Assembly (NCBI RefSeq): GCF_009834535.1
Contig: NC_045696.1
Span: 27,282,001 to 27,346,000, forward strand
Direction of reading: 5' to 3'
Source of the DNA: Camelus ferus
Lineage: Eukaryota
Length of the DNA stretch: 64,000 nt
Shown: positions 50,816-64,000 of the stretch, piece by piece
Layout of the letters: each line of letters opens with the position of its first letter
How positions within the stretch are numbered: the stretch's first letter is position 1
Notes under the pieces: model-generated
The model's input: the letters and a program-made list of their open reading frames with translations, nothing else
The model's database searches: none
Told to the model about the DNA's origin: nothing
Program-made: the position numbers and the translations under genes

Positions 50816-53519
50816 TGGTAGATTAGTAAATTGTTGGTGTTCCTACAATAACCATTTCCAAAACTTGACACATTTGTTTGAAAAATTTCAGATTGAAAAA
50901 AATTTTTTTCAATTTGTTTTCATGATAGACTTAAGCAGAAGAGCTGTAACCTTCCATAAATATTTATTGCATATTTACTATGTTCCATGTATTGAGAATT
51001 TACTGTTGTTCCTATAAATATTAATTTTGAATCCAAATCAAAAGATTTAATTCCTAGTCATAAATCATCAGATCTCATATGCAAATATATGCAGCTATCA
51101 TTTCCTTTTGTTAAAATAATGGTATCAATTTGCTATCTTAATTAATCATATGTTGAAGTAAACATGTAGTTGATCTTGTCTCATTAGTTACCACCCAGGT
51201 ACTACTGGATACATTAATATTTTAACTTACGAATACATTTGTTCCCATGCTCATAAATGAATTAAATAAGTTTTATTTATAAGATAACTTCTATGAGAGA
51301 TGGCCCATTTCCTTGTCTTTATGCCTGCAATTCCTGTAGCTACCACCAGAAGGTAGCTTCATTTCATAGAGAACCAATAAAAAGATATGGAAAGCTGATG
51401 CCTCAGGCACTGTGTAATTGTGTGACCCCCAAAACTAGGCTGATTTATAATACACTTAACTTTCTGACTAAGGTAACAATATTAAAAGTAGTCAGGTCAA
51501 CAAATACAAAATAAATGGCAAATTTTTAAGTAAGTTTAATACCCCTTCACAATGTTTTGGCATCAGTAAATTTCTCTTCTCTCTTTACAAAATATGATTC
51601 ACTCTATTCAGAAAACTAAAATCATACTTAAATTTTTCTTGGGCTTTCTTGGGTCTACTTGTTAGCTTCTGTTCAACATAATACTATAACTGACAATCTT
51701 TACACATAATTAAGCTCTTTTGTAATCTAGGAAATTACTTGTGATATGTACTTTCAACTGTATTTATCTTTTTCCTTAATCCCAGGGCAATTTTAGCTTT
51801 TTGATTGAACTCAAATTTTTTCCCAATATTTGATATTAATATTTCCCCAATCTTAACATTCTAACAGTTTTTCACCCTTAAAAAATTATCTTGAATTTAA
51901 ATACAATATTTCCAAAATGTAGTAAAATAAATCACTTTTTGTAAAGTACACCTGAATGTCAGTCTATATCAAAAAGAAATCTTTGGTTCTCTGATCTATC
52001 TCTATGAGAAAACTTCATTTATTAATAATGATGGTTATGACTAAGTCTCAGACACATGAAGTAAACTTATTTAATCCAGCCCGCCAGTTAAACTACTTCT
52101 ATTTCTCATTCTAAATATAAACACTCAGGTTTAGAAAAAAGAAAAGAAAGAAAGAACCCTGGAGACAACAAACATCATGTAAGGCCTAAGAAACACGTGT
52201 CAAAGAGTTCTAAGAGCGTTTCCTCTCAGGTAGGAAAAGAAGAAAATGCTATTTATCTTTTTCTGGTTTATAATCATCATAGATCTAAAATTTGGCTCAG
52301 ACACAGGTCCATGCAAAAAGAAATGACTTAAGAGCATCAAAAAATACAGGTGCAGCTACAATTCAATTACATATTTCCCTTTTTGTAGGGTGTGGCTTTG
52401 TTCTCACAGCTGGGAGAGTCGTACTTTAACTTTTCAACAAAGAAAACTACCACATTAAAGAACTCTAGGAATTCCTATAACCGAAAATGTAGCAATAACC
52501 ATGCAGTCTTCACTTGCCTTTCATAAAGATGTTATGTGCTTTAATCTCCTGCTCGTCTGTACTCAACACATTTGGCAAAGTATGTTAACAATAGAAATGA
52601 AAACAATCATTTGAAAACAAAGCTTAGGAAAGAAGAATCACATAAAATATCTAATAACCAACATCTCTTAAGAATTTCCTTTCAATTAAAAAAAAAAGGA
52701 ACCAGAAGTAACATCAGGCATTCTGTTTCTGTTTTAAGTGTTTGTTTTAATTACTCCATTTTCGTTTTGCCTAAAGGAAGAAAATCAAAGAAAAACAATT
52801 ATGATCTAAGTAAGAACAGTAATTTTGAACCCAAACTGCTGATTTTTAATCTATTCATTTCCCTGCATGTATAAATGTGCTTTTTACCTCTAGTGTTTTA
52901 TCAGTTTAACAGTCATAATTTACACAAAACACACAGATGGTCTTAGAAATAGTAGAAGTTTCAGATGTTACAACTTGTTAGCATATGGAACACTATTGTG
53001 GATCACCATTTTGGCAGAATTTAAAGGATTTTAAAATTATTTATACATTAACATCCTGCATTTCATAGTTGTAGGTTACTGCAACTTAAAATTGTTTGAT
53101 TCCTCATCAGAGGTAGTTCTTGTATTGACTCTAAACTACTAATGTGTAGGGGAATTGGTCCTTTATTTACAGGACAGCACCTTCTGGACAGCAAAAGGTA
53201 AGTGGAAATCCTATAATAAATTAAACACTTTGGTATAAACCATAACAGTTCTTCTAATTCAACATATGATATAACAGGAAGTTCGAAGAATTTTTTAAAA
53301 ATCAAATTTACCGTAGCAGTTTTAAACTGTTAATGTCACAAAAAAATGCACAGAGACACATATGCGCATACACACAAAACAAAACCTTTAGGATTAATGG
53401 AGACTTTTCAAAATGTGAGACTACAATCACTTTTATTTTTTAACTACTGTATTAGATGCAATGTAAAAAGAATTGTCTATGTAATTCCAATGTGTCTGAT
53501 TTCAGTCTTTCTGATTTCT

Positions 53520-55230
53520 CTCGAACAAGTTCAGTGAGTTTTAACCTTCCTAGTCCACTGAAACTGCTTGTCAAGGTCATTAATGACTGACCACCAAGTT
53601 GTCAAATCCAATGGTCAAGTCTCAATCCTGACATTACTTGATTTACCAGCTGCAGCTGACTTAGTCACTGCCACCTCCTTAAAACGGTCCTCACTTGGCT
53701 GCCCTTCGACTTTTCCTCCTTTCTCACTGTCTGCTCCCTTTTCAGTCTTCACTGCTCTTTCTGCCTCTTCTCCCTGAGAGCTAAACATTGGACCTCTTTT
53801 CCTTTCTATGAATAATCACCCTCTTGGTGATTTCAGTCTCCTGGTTTTAAATAATATGCACATGCAATGACCCCCACATTCATCAGGATAGGCTACGTCA
53901 GCCTGCAGTAAGAAATTCTCCATGCCTTAATATAACAAAAGATCTATTTCTCATTCATTCTACATGTCCACCATGGGAAGACAGAGGTGTCGGGTAGAAA
54001 GGTCTGCAACACGTAACTCAGGGACCCAGGCTCTTCGGGTGTCCTCGGCGTTGTGGCCGCACTACCTGGAACATGAGTCTTCCTTGGGACAGAGAGCACT
54101 GGAGGCTCGCTCGCTAGTATTTAATGTCTTTAATTTTCACCCATAGCTTATGAGGCTGAACTAGCCCGAATGGGTCTGCCCTGTAGCAAGGGAGCTGGGA
54201 AGCAGCCTTTCATCTGCCCAGAGGGAGGGCAGGCCTGCACAGTAATGAGTACTTGTTATGGCTACCACAACTCAAATTGTTCTCCAGCCTCAAACTCAAC
54301 TCTGAATTTCTGACTCATGTTTCCAACTGCCTATTTGACATTTATACGTGGATATCTAATAAGAATTTCAAAATTACAGTGTCTAAAACTGAGCTCCTGA
54401 TACTTTCCACCCCACATCTACTCTTTCTACAATTAATGGTATCACTGTTCATGGTGTCTCTACCTTTTCAGTTGCTCAGACCAATTGATTAAGGTAATCC
54501 TTCACTCCTCTTTTTTCACAAGCCACACCCAATCTGTTAGCAAATTCTGTTGGCTAGTGCTTCCCAGCAGATCCAGAATATAACCTCTTCTCTCTATCTC
54601 CCTCTGAAGAGATGAGTCCAAACCACCATTTCCCTTTTGCCTGGATAACTGCAAAAGCTCCCATTGGTCTCCCCACATCTGCCATTACCACCCTTCACTG
54701 TGGACTCCAGAGAGTGGGGGATCCTGTTGAGAAATCTCTGATGCTTTACACCTTGCTTAGAAGAAAAAACAGTTTACAAGGTCTATAAGGTCCTACACAG
54801 TCTGGCCAGTGGTCACTCTGATGCTATCGCTACAGATCTCCCCTTTGTTCACTCTGCTCAACGCACACTGACCATTCTGCCTTTATTTTCAGTGTGAGAG
54901 ACCCTGCTTTAGGGTCCTTGAACTTACTGTTTCGTCTCCCTAGAATATTCTTTACCTAAGTAACCTATCTAGTCCCCTCCCTCAATTTTTTCATGTCTTT
55001 ACATGAAGCATTTCTGGTCATTCTATTTAAACTTGAAATTCTACCCCAATTCTAATTAATTGTCTACTCCTTCATTACTTTATTTTTTTAAAGGATTCAC
55101 TATAGTCTAACATACTATGTGTTATACTATCTATTTTGGTTTATCTGCATACTTAATTGCAGAATATAAACTCCAGAAGGGCACTCACTGTTTTCTGTTT
55201 AATGCTGCACCTCCAATGCTGAGAATTTTA
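53520..55230 (+). mobile_element. L2 LINE fragment, about 1.3 kb, split by an LTR insertion
   Basis: 'tccactgaaactgcttgtcaaggtcattaatgac...aaatccaatggtcaa', 'ttccaactgcctatttgacattt', 'gaatataaactccagaagggca'. Confidence 0.82.
53881..54269 (-). mobile_element. MaLR solo LTR (MLT1-like) nested in L2
   Basis: 'caggataggctacgtcagcctgcagtaag...ccttaatataacaaaagatctatttctcattcattctacatgtcca...actcagggacccaggct' resembles reverse-strand MLT1 and ends in ctaccaca. Confidence 0.65.
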
Positions 55231-56641
55231 TGATTAATTAAAAACATATCATTAATTTAAAAATTTATCATGTATTAAAAACAAATAGGTAATCAGGAAA
55301 GACAAGAGGGAGGAGGTAGATAATAATGGTTTCAATGAGTCTGAATTATTAGGGCAAGGAAATGGCAATTACAGATAATGGTCATCAAATGACTTAACAT
55401 ATGTTTTTAAAGGGAAAAAACTATCGTCTTAATTGTGCATAAATCTAAAAGGAATCTGTTATCACTAACAAGAGAAACATTTGATCCTAGAGTCTGTTCC
55501 CCTGTGCTCTTGAGTATTTCCAAAAATCAATGTTTCCGTATTTAGTTCACTTTGCTATGTGGCTTTCAGCATCTCTTTAAAGCAGAGCTAGGTCCTTCTC
55601 AACCCAATTTCTAGAATTAAAAAAAAATTCTTTGAGAGACTCATTCTAATTCAGATCAGTGCAGGAAAAATGTTTGATTTTCTTTCAAGGTCTCTAAAAC
55701 CTTGTCCACCACACCCTTCTGTTTTTTTTTTTTTCTTCACTATTTAATTTTCATGCTAATCTGATGACTGGTTTTTCAGAAACAAGCAAGCATTTATTAG
55801 GATTATGTGGTCTGTGTTATAACTTTGTTCTTCTGCAACTTTAGCAGTGACCTTTTCCTTACATATTCTCCTGAGAAACTTTAAATCTTGGCCAATAAAT
55901 TCACAGTAGATAGAGAGTATGTGCAGAACAAAGAAAACAGTAAAGGGGGGTGTTGTACAATCACAGAACCAATGAGAGCTCGGTTATTCAGGTACTTCAG
56001 TAAACGCCGCACGAGACAGAAAAGGCAAAGAGGTCTCAGAATCGCTGCTGCCAAGAAGAAAACATATCATTTCGTACTACAGATCGTGCACTTCTCTACT
56101 TTCAGGGCTCTGAAATCCAATAATCTCATCACACTATTTTATTTTGGAATGAGGTGAATCCCTCATTAACCATCATTCAGAATGAGATTTGATTTTTCAG
56201 AAATTTTGAACTCTTGTAGAACAGATAAGCAATTTCAAAAGGACAGAGAAAAATTCTGAAGTGATTTAGACAGTCTTCTGGAAATATACTCTGTTACTGA
56301 ATTTTATTTATAATTTTTTTGCTGTCACACCTGGAAGTGTGATAAGCCCAGAGTGATAAGAATAATTATGTCAAGCATAGATGTGTTAACTCTAAGACAT
56401 CAATATAGAAATTATAGTTTTCTCTTACTAAATTGTAACCTAACCAACATGCACCTTCCTCACTTAGGTATATGTCAACACAGGGAGAATTGAAATGTAT
56501 TTATTTTCAAAGAAGATGTGAAAAATGGGAGATAATGCAACCCTGTCTTTAAAAGCACCGACTCACTTTTCTCTTTTTCTTTGGTGAAGATGTACACAGT
56601 TAGATTTATAAATGGTCCCCACTGCTGAATTAAATACTCAC

Positions 56642-56799
56642 AGTTATTCTTTCATCTTTATCATCCAGTGAAGAGCCATCTTTCTTCCACGAAATGGTGG
56701 GCTCAGGATGGCCTCGCGGAGGCTGGCATTCCATCACCGCCGGCTCCCCCACGGCCACCATGACATCGGAAGGATTTTGTCTGAAGTCATCTCGTAGTA
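56642..56799 (-). CDS. ROBO1: ROBO1 coding exon, 158 nt, first half of Ig2: (I)[52 protein letters not shown]
   Basis: Acceptor cttgctcccacag|TA, donor ACT|gtgagt. Open frame, phase 1 in and phase 0 out. Translation recognised as ROBO1. Confidence 0.97.
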
Positions 56800-59700
56800 C
56801 TGTGGGAGCAAGATTAAATCATTACACTCGCTTGTGACATACACAGTCCTTATCTCTGAACTTCAGCAGAAGAGACATTTATTACAGTAAACTACTGCTA
56901 ATAGCTATCTCAATACATCTTGGACAATCTGTATCTACTTACAGACATATGCGATTTAATAATGATATCTGGCTGTAAGCACACAACAGGGATAATTTGA
57001 TATTCTTCATAGGCCAGTGAGCAAGTGCATTTTGCCGCGTAGCGTCCTCACTGTTGGCGTTTGGCTTGCCCCCTCACTCACATTTCTTCTCTGCCTATTG
57101 CTTACATTTTCTCATCCATGAGCTAATGAACATACTTGAACCCTCCTTTTATTTACATGACAAGTTGGGATGATGCTTCTTTTATTAGATGAATTACACA
57201 GACATACAGACAAAAGTACTGAAAGTAAAAACTATACTTCCAAACATGCATTTGATTGAGAGCTATTTTAGAGATATTTCAAACTGCTATGTATATAATC
57301 ATTATAATTTAACTGCGCATTATAAAACCTTTAGACATATTTGTAAAGTGACTGAATCCAAAATACTGTCTTATTTTTCCATGATCACTGAGTGAGGGAC
57401 AGTGTTAAAAGGCACCAATGATGATGACAGCATTGCTACCAATTATGTTGTTCGTGTGTTCTATACATTTTGTTTTTTGTGGATTTGGGGGGTTTTATAT
57501 CATTTCATTTAATCCTCAAACCTAACCATTCATTACTGTAATCTCAACTAATGTTGACACATTCGGATCAGCAGATACTAAGGTAATACTGACTTTGTGA
57601 CTATGAGATAAAATGCGGAAAATAAACCAAACATGTATTTCATGTATTTCAAAAATAGTTGATATTGTATAATTGTCTTCAGTATCCTGATAACATCAAG
57701 AAATCACAAATTATTTGGCATCAGTTAGTCTTCAATCACAGCTCCGTTGTTCACAAGATGGGTAATCTTGATTACTTTACTAAATACCTGTTTCCAAAGC
57801 AGGCATGGAGGTACATACTTCAAAACAAAGTCTAAAAGTGTTAGTTACCTTCCGCCCACCCCACCCTCCTCCAGTGTGTAATCAAAGGTGAACAACTTTA
57901 GTAATCTATTTTGACACTTAAAATGTTCATTGGTATGTTAAGTACACAGATTTGCAGTGACAAATATTATGTATCATTTAAAATCTACTGAATTGAGTAT
58001 TTGATACTACAATTTTGTCCTGGACGGATGTCTTTCCATTTCAATGGCATTTAAAAATACTTTCACGGATGAAGTACTGCAATGTAAAAAACTTATGATT
58101 TCAAAAGTCACCCTTAAATTTTCGTTTCAAAACCTCAAAAAGGCTTAGAGGCTTACAAAATCCTGTCCTTTTTCTCTTGTAGTTCTCTACTTTTCCTTCC
58201 TCTGTGCCAACTAAGTGTGTGCACAGATCTGAGTAAGCCTTAATACACACTCAAACAACCCGGTTTTTTAATCTATATATTAAGACAACTTGGGCACAAT
58301 ATGACTACGTTAATACTTGGAAAATACCACTTCAAAGAGGAGGCTTGTGTCCTCAGCTTTGGAAAGAACACTATAAGGAAAAAGAAGAGGAAATACGATC
58401 AGACCACACTGTGGCAAGTCTAACTTCAATACATACACTATTTATTAATAAAATGCATAGACACAAAGATAAACTTTGTTGAAGTGAAAACTGCAGCTAC
58501 TGTTAGCACATTATAAAATAAGAGTATGAAGACTTCCACTATTAATGAACTTACATTACTATCAAGTGTTAAGAACGTACAGCAAATGAAATATAAGGTT
58601 TATAGAAAAAGCAGACAAACTGACCTTAACAAACAGCATGTGCTTTTGCTGGATCAGATTATTAATCTACGATTATACCTTTGAACATTTCTAATACCTT
58701 TGAAACATGCAAACTTTTCAAATAAATATAAATAATTTGTACAATTTTTCTGCTTGGTGAGCTAAAAACCAACTTGGTAACACTAGATCTTATTTACAAA
58801 TTGAGATCAGATCTCAAATAAACCAATGAATAAAAAAATGTCTTTCAAAAATATCAAAGGTCTAAGTCAGATAAATCAAGGATTTTTTTCCCATTTACTA
58901 TGTTATTTGGATTTTTACAGTATATAATGAAAAGCTAACAAAATGTAATCCATTAGAGATTGTTGCTTAGATAATGCTCATGTAATTATTTTTGCAGCTG
59001 TAAAGCATAAAACTCTAGCATTGCCTATGGCTACAGGCAACCCTTCATAAAGTTATGAATTTAAGTTTTTTTTTCTCTCTTCTATAAAAGCAACTTTTCT
59101 TCTTACATTTGTCCTGAACATTTCCTTTTGGGGAAAAAATAATATGTATCACATTATAAAATGATATGAACTTTTAAAGTATCCAATTTTCTTAATTCAT
59201 GTGTGTATTTAAGTAATTAAAATAAAAATTGAATTCAAATGCTTGGCAGCATCTTGGCAGAAAAACCAATGGTATTTATAAGTATTATCAAACACAGAGC
59301 CTCCAAAAAAAAAATCTCTCCTTTTCTTCTCTAAATCTCTATTAATCAAAGTGTACATTTTCAAATGTTTCTTGATTTAAATTGTGTGAAATTTTAAAAT
59401 ATGGAACTTTTGAAAATAAGATTTAATGTTAATTTGAAAGAGAACAAATAACTTTTATAACGTATTCAAGTAGATATCATCTAAAAAGCTGGTAAACCAC
59501 AGTTCATCCTTATGTATTTCTTCCATGTTTATGTAATTGTTTTATGTTTACAGGTTGGTACATATAATTTGGTTCAACTGCTTTTCACTTTTTTTCATTC
59601 TGGTAAATTAGAAAAAAAAATACAAGCTTCATTGAATCTTTGAATCTCCTGGAAGGTTTTGTCTAAAAAAATGGTTAACTAAAGTGTATCCTTGAAAACA

Positions 59701-60469
59701 AAACAAAACATATAATCATCTGTCTTTCTGAAAAGCCAGACATCAATTTTAATACAGTTCGTAGAACAAGTAAACACATTTTCAGAAAAGGATGCTAAAA
59801 TTCGGTGGTGACTTTGCACCTATTTGGGTGATGTTGAAAGACAGGGCACAAAGTGAAAAAATAAGTTAAACAGACATCATTTCAAGTATTCTGGAGATCT
59901 TAAAATTTATAACACTCTCTTTAAGAGCATTGTGGAAAATTTTAGAACTAAATGAAACACAGAATTATAGAACAGGCAGGGGTCTTTGACAACATTCAAT
60001 TCATCCCACAAATAGAGGCAACTGAGCCCCAACTTTGTCACTAGCCTGTGTTACTCGTCAGAAATGGAGCAGAAGAAAATATTGGTGTCCTGAATTCCAA
60101 GGCAGTGATCTTAAAAAATTTTTCACCATGTCACCATTTTACTGTAAAATGTACTTTCCCTATCTAATCTATTGTATTTCCAACAAATCCACTCCATTAT
60201 TGCAGGTTTGACTTACCAGTGATTGTAATCAATGCACTGCAGTCTCATGACTACCCAATTTTGGGAAGTCTCAAATGTTCCTAAACTTAATTTTGTTCCT
60301 AATCATGTGGTGAACATCTGTGAAATATAATACTCCGGGTTTATGAATCACAGAATCTCGGTGTAGTTAGGGACCTAAGAGATGTGTGACCCAAATTTTT
60401 TCTTTTAGAAATTAACAGCCCAAGGTTCCTCAGGGGGAGAAGAGCATATCACATAAACAATAATGATGA

Positions 60470-60630
60470 TACTGTTAACAGTATAATAATAATGCTAGCA
60501 ATGTACGATGTTTATTGAACAGTTACTGTGCATGGAACCACGGCGAGTATCCACTCATTTAATTCTCATAACAAGGCTATGATAATGTGACTTTATTAGT
60601 TTAATTTTATGAATGAGGAATTTGTAACGA
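60470..60630 (-). mobile_element. MIR SINE fragment
   Basis: 'tttattgaacagttactgtg...ctcatttaattctcataacaaggctatga...ttttatgaatgaggaa'. Confidence 0.65.
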
Positions 60631-63549
60631 TTTAGAAGCAGACCTAGATTGCAGATCTCCAGTCCACCAAGGACACATTTCCATCAACTTGCCCACTTAT
60701 CTGATATTAACACTGTGTACACAATTCTAAATACAGTTAGTATGGTATAATGAACATTTCAGCCTCTTTCCATTAGAACAGAAGTGAAATGAGAAATTAC
60801 TCTTTTGACACTCAAATAGCTGTCATTGAATATATTCTGCATTCTTGTATTTTCTCAGATTTTTTTCCATATTTGGAAGAGGCCACTACCCATTTTCAGT
60901 GGCATACTGAGAATTAGAGTTCATTATTCAGATTACATACGTCATGGTTTTAACGATTCTTCTTTTATTTCAACAACAAAGTGACTGAAGAAGCTGCATA
61001 GTAATAAACATTTTAATTAAATATGGGCATTTTAATTAGAAATGCATATCTTGGGGAAAACAGATGAAGATAATACGCAGTACTGGGAATTTTTTTTTTT
61101 TCCTGCTTAAAAAGACTACTTTGTCAATGAAACTTTGCAGCAAACAGTAGTAAGTTGTTGACGTGGGTGTAAGAAAAGGAATGAAACCCTTAACAATAGT
61201 TGAAGAGAAAGTAAATGAGGAAGTATCTTCCCAAAGACAATAATTTTATGGATGCTCAGAGGCAGCCTGACTCTGTTACAATGTACCACTTCAATGGCTT
61301 TCAAAATCACTGATCACTTACCTGGTCTTTTAACTTTGAGTAAAGACTACATTGCTCACTTGTGTGGTACTTCTAGTCCTCTATCCAAACGGCCACTTAC
61401 AGGCTAGCATAAGTAACTGCTATTTAATTTTAAAATAGCTATCGTTCTTTCATTTAATGCATCAGTACTGAGCACATACTTTGAGCCTGGCATCTATGCT
61501 GTAACGTTTGTATTTTTCTTGCCACAGTTCACATAAACGGCAGGTGTGTTAAGAAACAATGTTAATCTTCACCTTGTCAGGAAATGGTAGTACAGCAGGG
61601 TTTACTGCAAGCTCTTTTGTGTTAAGATAGATGCTTTGGGCGCTAGCTAAGAAAGTATATCACAAAGGCATTTATAACTATTTGCATTCCTAGGTGTTAT
61701 GCTTACTGCATGACCCAGAAGAGTAAAGCAGTTATCTGGGCTACAAATGTTTTCAAAACTCCTTAATATTTCTTAAAATAAAATCACAATTCCAAACGTT
61801 TAAAAGCATTCCAACAAAAAGGTTGGATGTACAGAAAGATATTTTAACCAACTGAAAAAAAAAACTAAAATGATAATGTATAAAATATTTCCTGAAGTAT
61901 TACCTATCTGATGGCATCATATTCTAAAGCTAAGGCATTTGAATTTTATAATGATACATGCACACATCAGTTCTGTATAAAGTTATGATTTCATCATAAT
62001 TCTTTCCTAAAGGGTACATATTTATTTTTTTTAATTTGACACTGAATATATCTATGAATGTTCTTAATAATTATGTAATCTGCTACTTGTGTTTTTTTGT
62101 ACCATGCAGTTTTATTTTTAAACCTTAAATTATGCTTTGGTTAAGATCCTGGAAGAAAATATGCTGGTAAAAGCATTTATTTTTCTCAGCTACTTAGCTT
62201 TTGAAGACTCACAAACCTCTACGCTCTATCCTAGGAAAGCAGTACATTTTTGTTCAAAAATTGTACATGCTGAAATAGTACTATAGAATGGATGGAGGTC
62301 AAACGTCACTCAGTCTTAACTAGCAATGAATACAGAGCACTGCAAAAGAGAAGTTATTACCCAAATGAAAGTAATTATAGCCATTTATTTAGTCTTTATT
62401 TTAAACAACATATGATGGAGGAACAGGCTTAAACAAGGTTGTGCACCTCTGTGTTCCTCTGAGCTGCAGAAGAGGGGGCACTGCATCCTTGCTCTTTTAA
62501 TGATGAGAATTACTTCCAGGTTGGGTCCGAGCTTAACCCACAGCCCCATTTAGCAGAAACATGGACAGCATAATGACACTTCCTAGGAAAAGCCCTCATG
62601 GCCATCTGCAGTCAGTGTTTCCTGGTTTTATTGTTTCACTAGAGGAATCACGTGAGCTACTACAGCCCTCGTGTTTATTAAACTGGCACCGAGTCATCAA
62701 GACAAAGGGGAGGTAAGGTTGGTGTACTAGATTTAAGTTAAAAACCGTAATGCATTCGGGAGAAAGGAATACATCCATAAGGCCCAACATTTAAATGGTT
62801 AACATTCAGAAGACTTGAAATCACAGCGATCATAAAAAATGTACTGCTGAAGTTCATCAGGTTGCTAAAATCATTATGTTCTCACTTCAAGATATCAGTA
62901 GCTAACTAGATGTTTGCATTTTACACTAAATGGATTTATGAATGAAAAATGTGGCATTTGTAAAACACCATTTGAAGGGTATTTATTATTTGTAGATAAT
63001 GTTTATTTAGGAGACAAAAAGCAGTAGTCAGGTATTTCAGAGTTACCACACATATCCCTCTACTATGCTGTAATTTTAATAGATACAGTCACAGTGGCTC
63101 AGTTATTTCCACACAAAACAGAGAATTTTACACTCTGTCTTGCCGGGGTTATTACGAAGACTAATTATTTAGTGTTTGTACAGGACTTGCCATTTATATG
63201 GTGCATTACATCTGCAAAGAAGTATTGCTATTAGTCACTGTGTAAGGAATTGCCAAATTTCTCAGCTGCCAGTACAAATGGAAAGGAGGACAAAGAATGC
63301 CATTGAGGAGGGTTTGTAAGTGCCAGAGCAAAAGTCACATTCAGGAGTAGCCTGGCAGGGTTAAAAAAACACAGACAGAATGAGGCGATCAGAGGTATGG
63401 GACCCTGACTGGGGCAAGAGAGACACGCGTTCTTTCTTTTATAAAATCCAACTTTCTATTTAGTGCCTTTCTCTGAGACAGTCCTTGATCAAAGGAATAT
63501 ACTTATCTCTTTACTGTCTGGCTTTTTGTATTCAAATGTCAACTCCACG

Positions 63550-64000
63550 AGAAGAAGTTTGTTTTTATCCATTTATATACCTGGTACCTAGAACAATGCC
63601 CAAGACATAGAGGGCATTCAGGGCCTAAATGCTGACAGTACACCTTCTGAATACGAGGTGCTACACGTGAAGCGGAGCTAAAGTCAACACGAGTGCTACG
63701 TTCGTGGTGTGTAAGATATGGGGAGTAGAGAGACAATATCCAAATAAACACGTGTAAATACACAACTACAATCATGAATCATGCCATGAAGGAAAAGGAC
63801 AGGGTGCTGTGTGAGAAACTAATGAGGAACCCAATTTAAATAACAGTTAAACTGAAGCCTGAAAAGTGAGTAGAGCTCAGCCTAGGGAAGTGCACTGCAG
63901 GCAGGGGAAGTAATCCAGGTTGAAGAAAAACTTAAAAAGAGTGAGACTCGGCTTCGTGGGACAGGTTGTCAAGCGGTGCACCAGGAGGTTGGCGAGGGCG
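63550..64000. mobile_element. L2 remnants: a + strand 3' tail near 63550-63640 followed by a minus-strand fragment
   Basis: 'cctggtacctagaacaatgcccaagacatagagggcattca' and 'tgccatgaaggaaaaggacagggtgctgtgtgaga...ttaaactgaagcctgaaaagtgagtagagctcagc'. Confidence 0.55.

Noticed and set aside
61314..61325. Perfect donor CAG|GTAAGT on the ROBO1 strand
   Set aside because: No pyrimidine-rich acceptor within exon distance upstream. Isolated consensus donors are expected by chance in 64 kb.
62460..62485. CTCF-like motif (AGAGGGGGCACT)
   Set aside because: Matches only the 3' half. The CCAC/CCAG core positions are absent.

Overview
AT-rich mammalian genomic DNA lying entirely inside the ROBO1 gene (Roundabout guidance receptor 1), transcribed on the minus strand. 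Six constitutive coding exons can be read with canonical AG/GT boundaries and matching phases: 56642-56799, 32947-33067, 32463-32601, 30280-30407, 5094-5218 and 2680-2851. They encode roughly Ig2 to Ig4 of the ectodomain. A frame-preserving 9-nt microexon (9249-9257, adds Val-Gly-Ser) lies between Ig3 and Ig4 and is flanked by a long AG-free U-rich acceptor and a dense YCAY cluster. The rest is intron filled with L1, L2, MIR, hAT/TcMar DNA-transposon relics and one MaLR LTR. Two tRNA-Ala-derived SINEs resemble the camelid Vic-1 type, which suggests a camelid source (inference). Almost all entries in the ORF track are spurious. I found no evidence for a genuinely new biological system. The best signal is the microexon module, which is already described in mouse and human. 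The other findings are lower-confidence candidates (cryptic or poison exons, motif clusters, unusual retrotransposon junctions). Repeat family names and reference-protein comparisons are from memory, not from a database search, and repeat boundaries are approximate.
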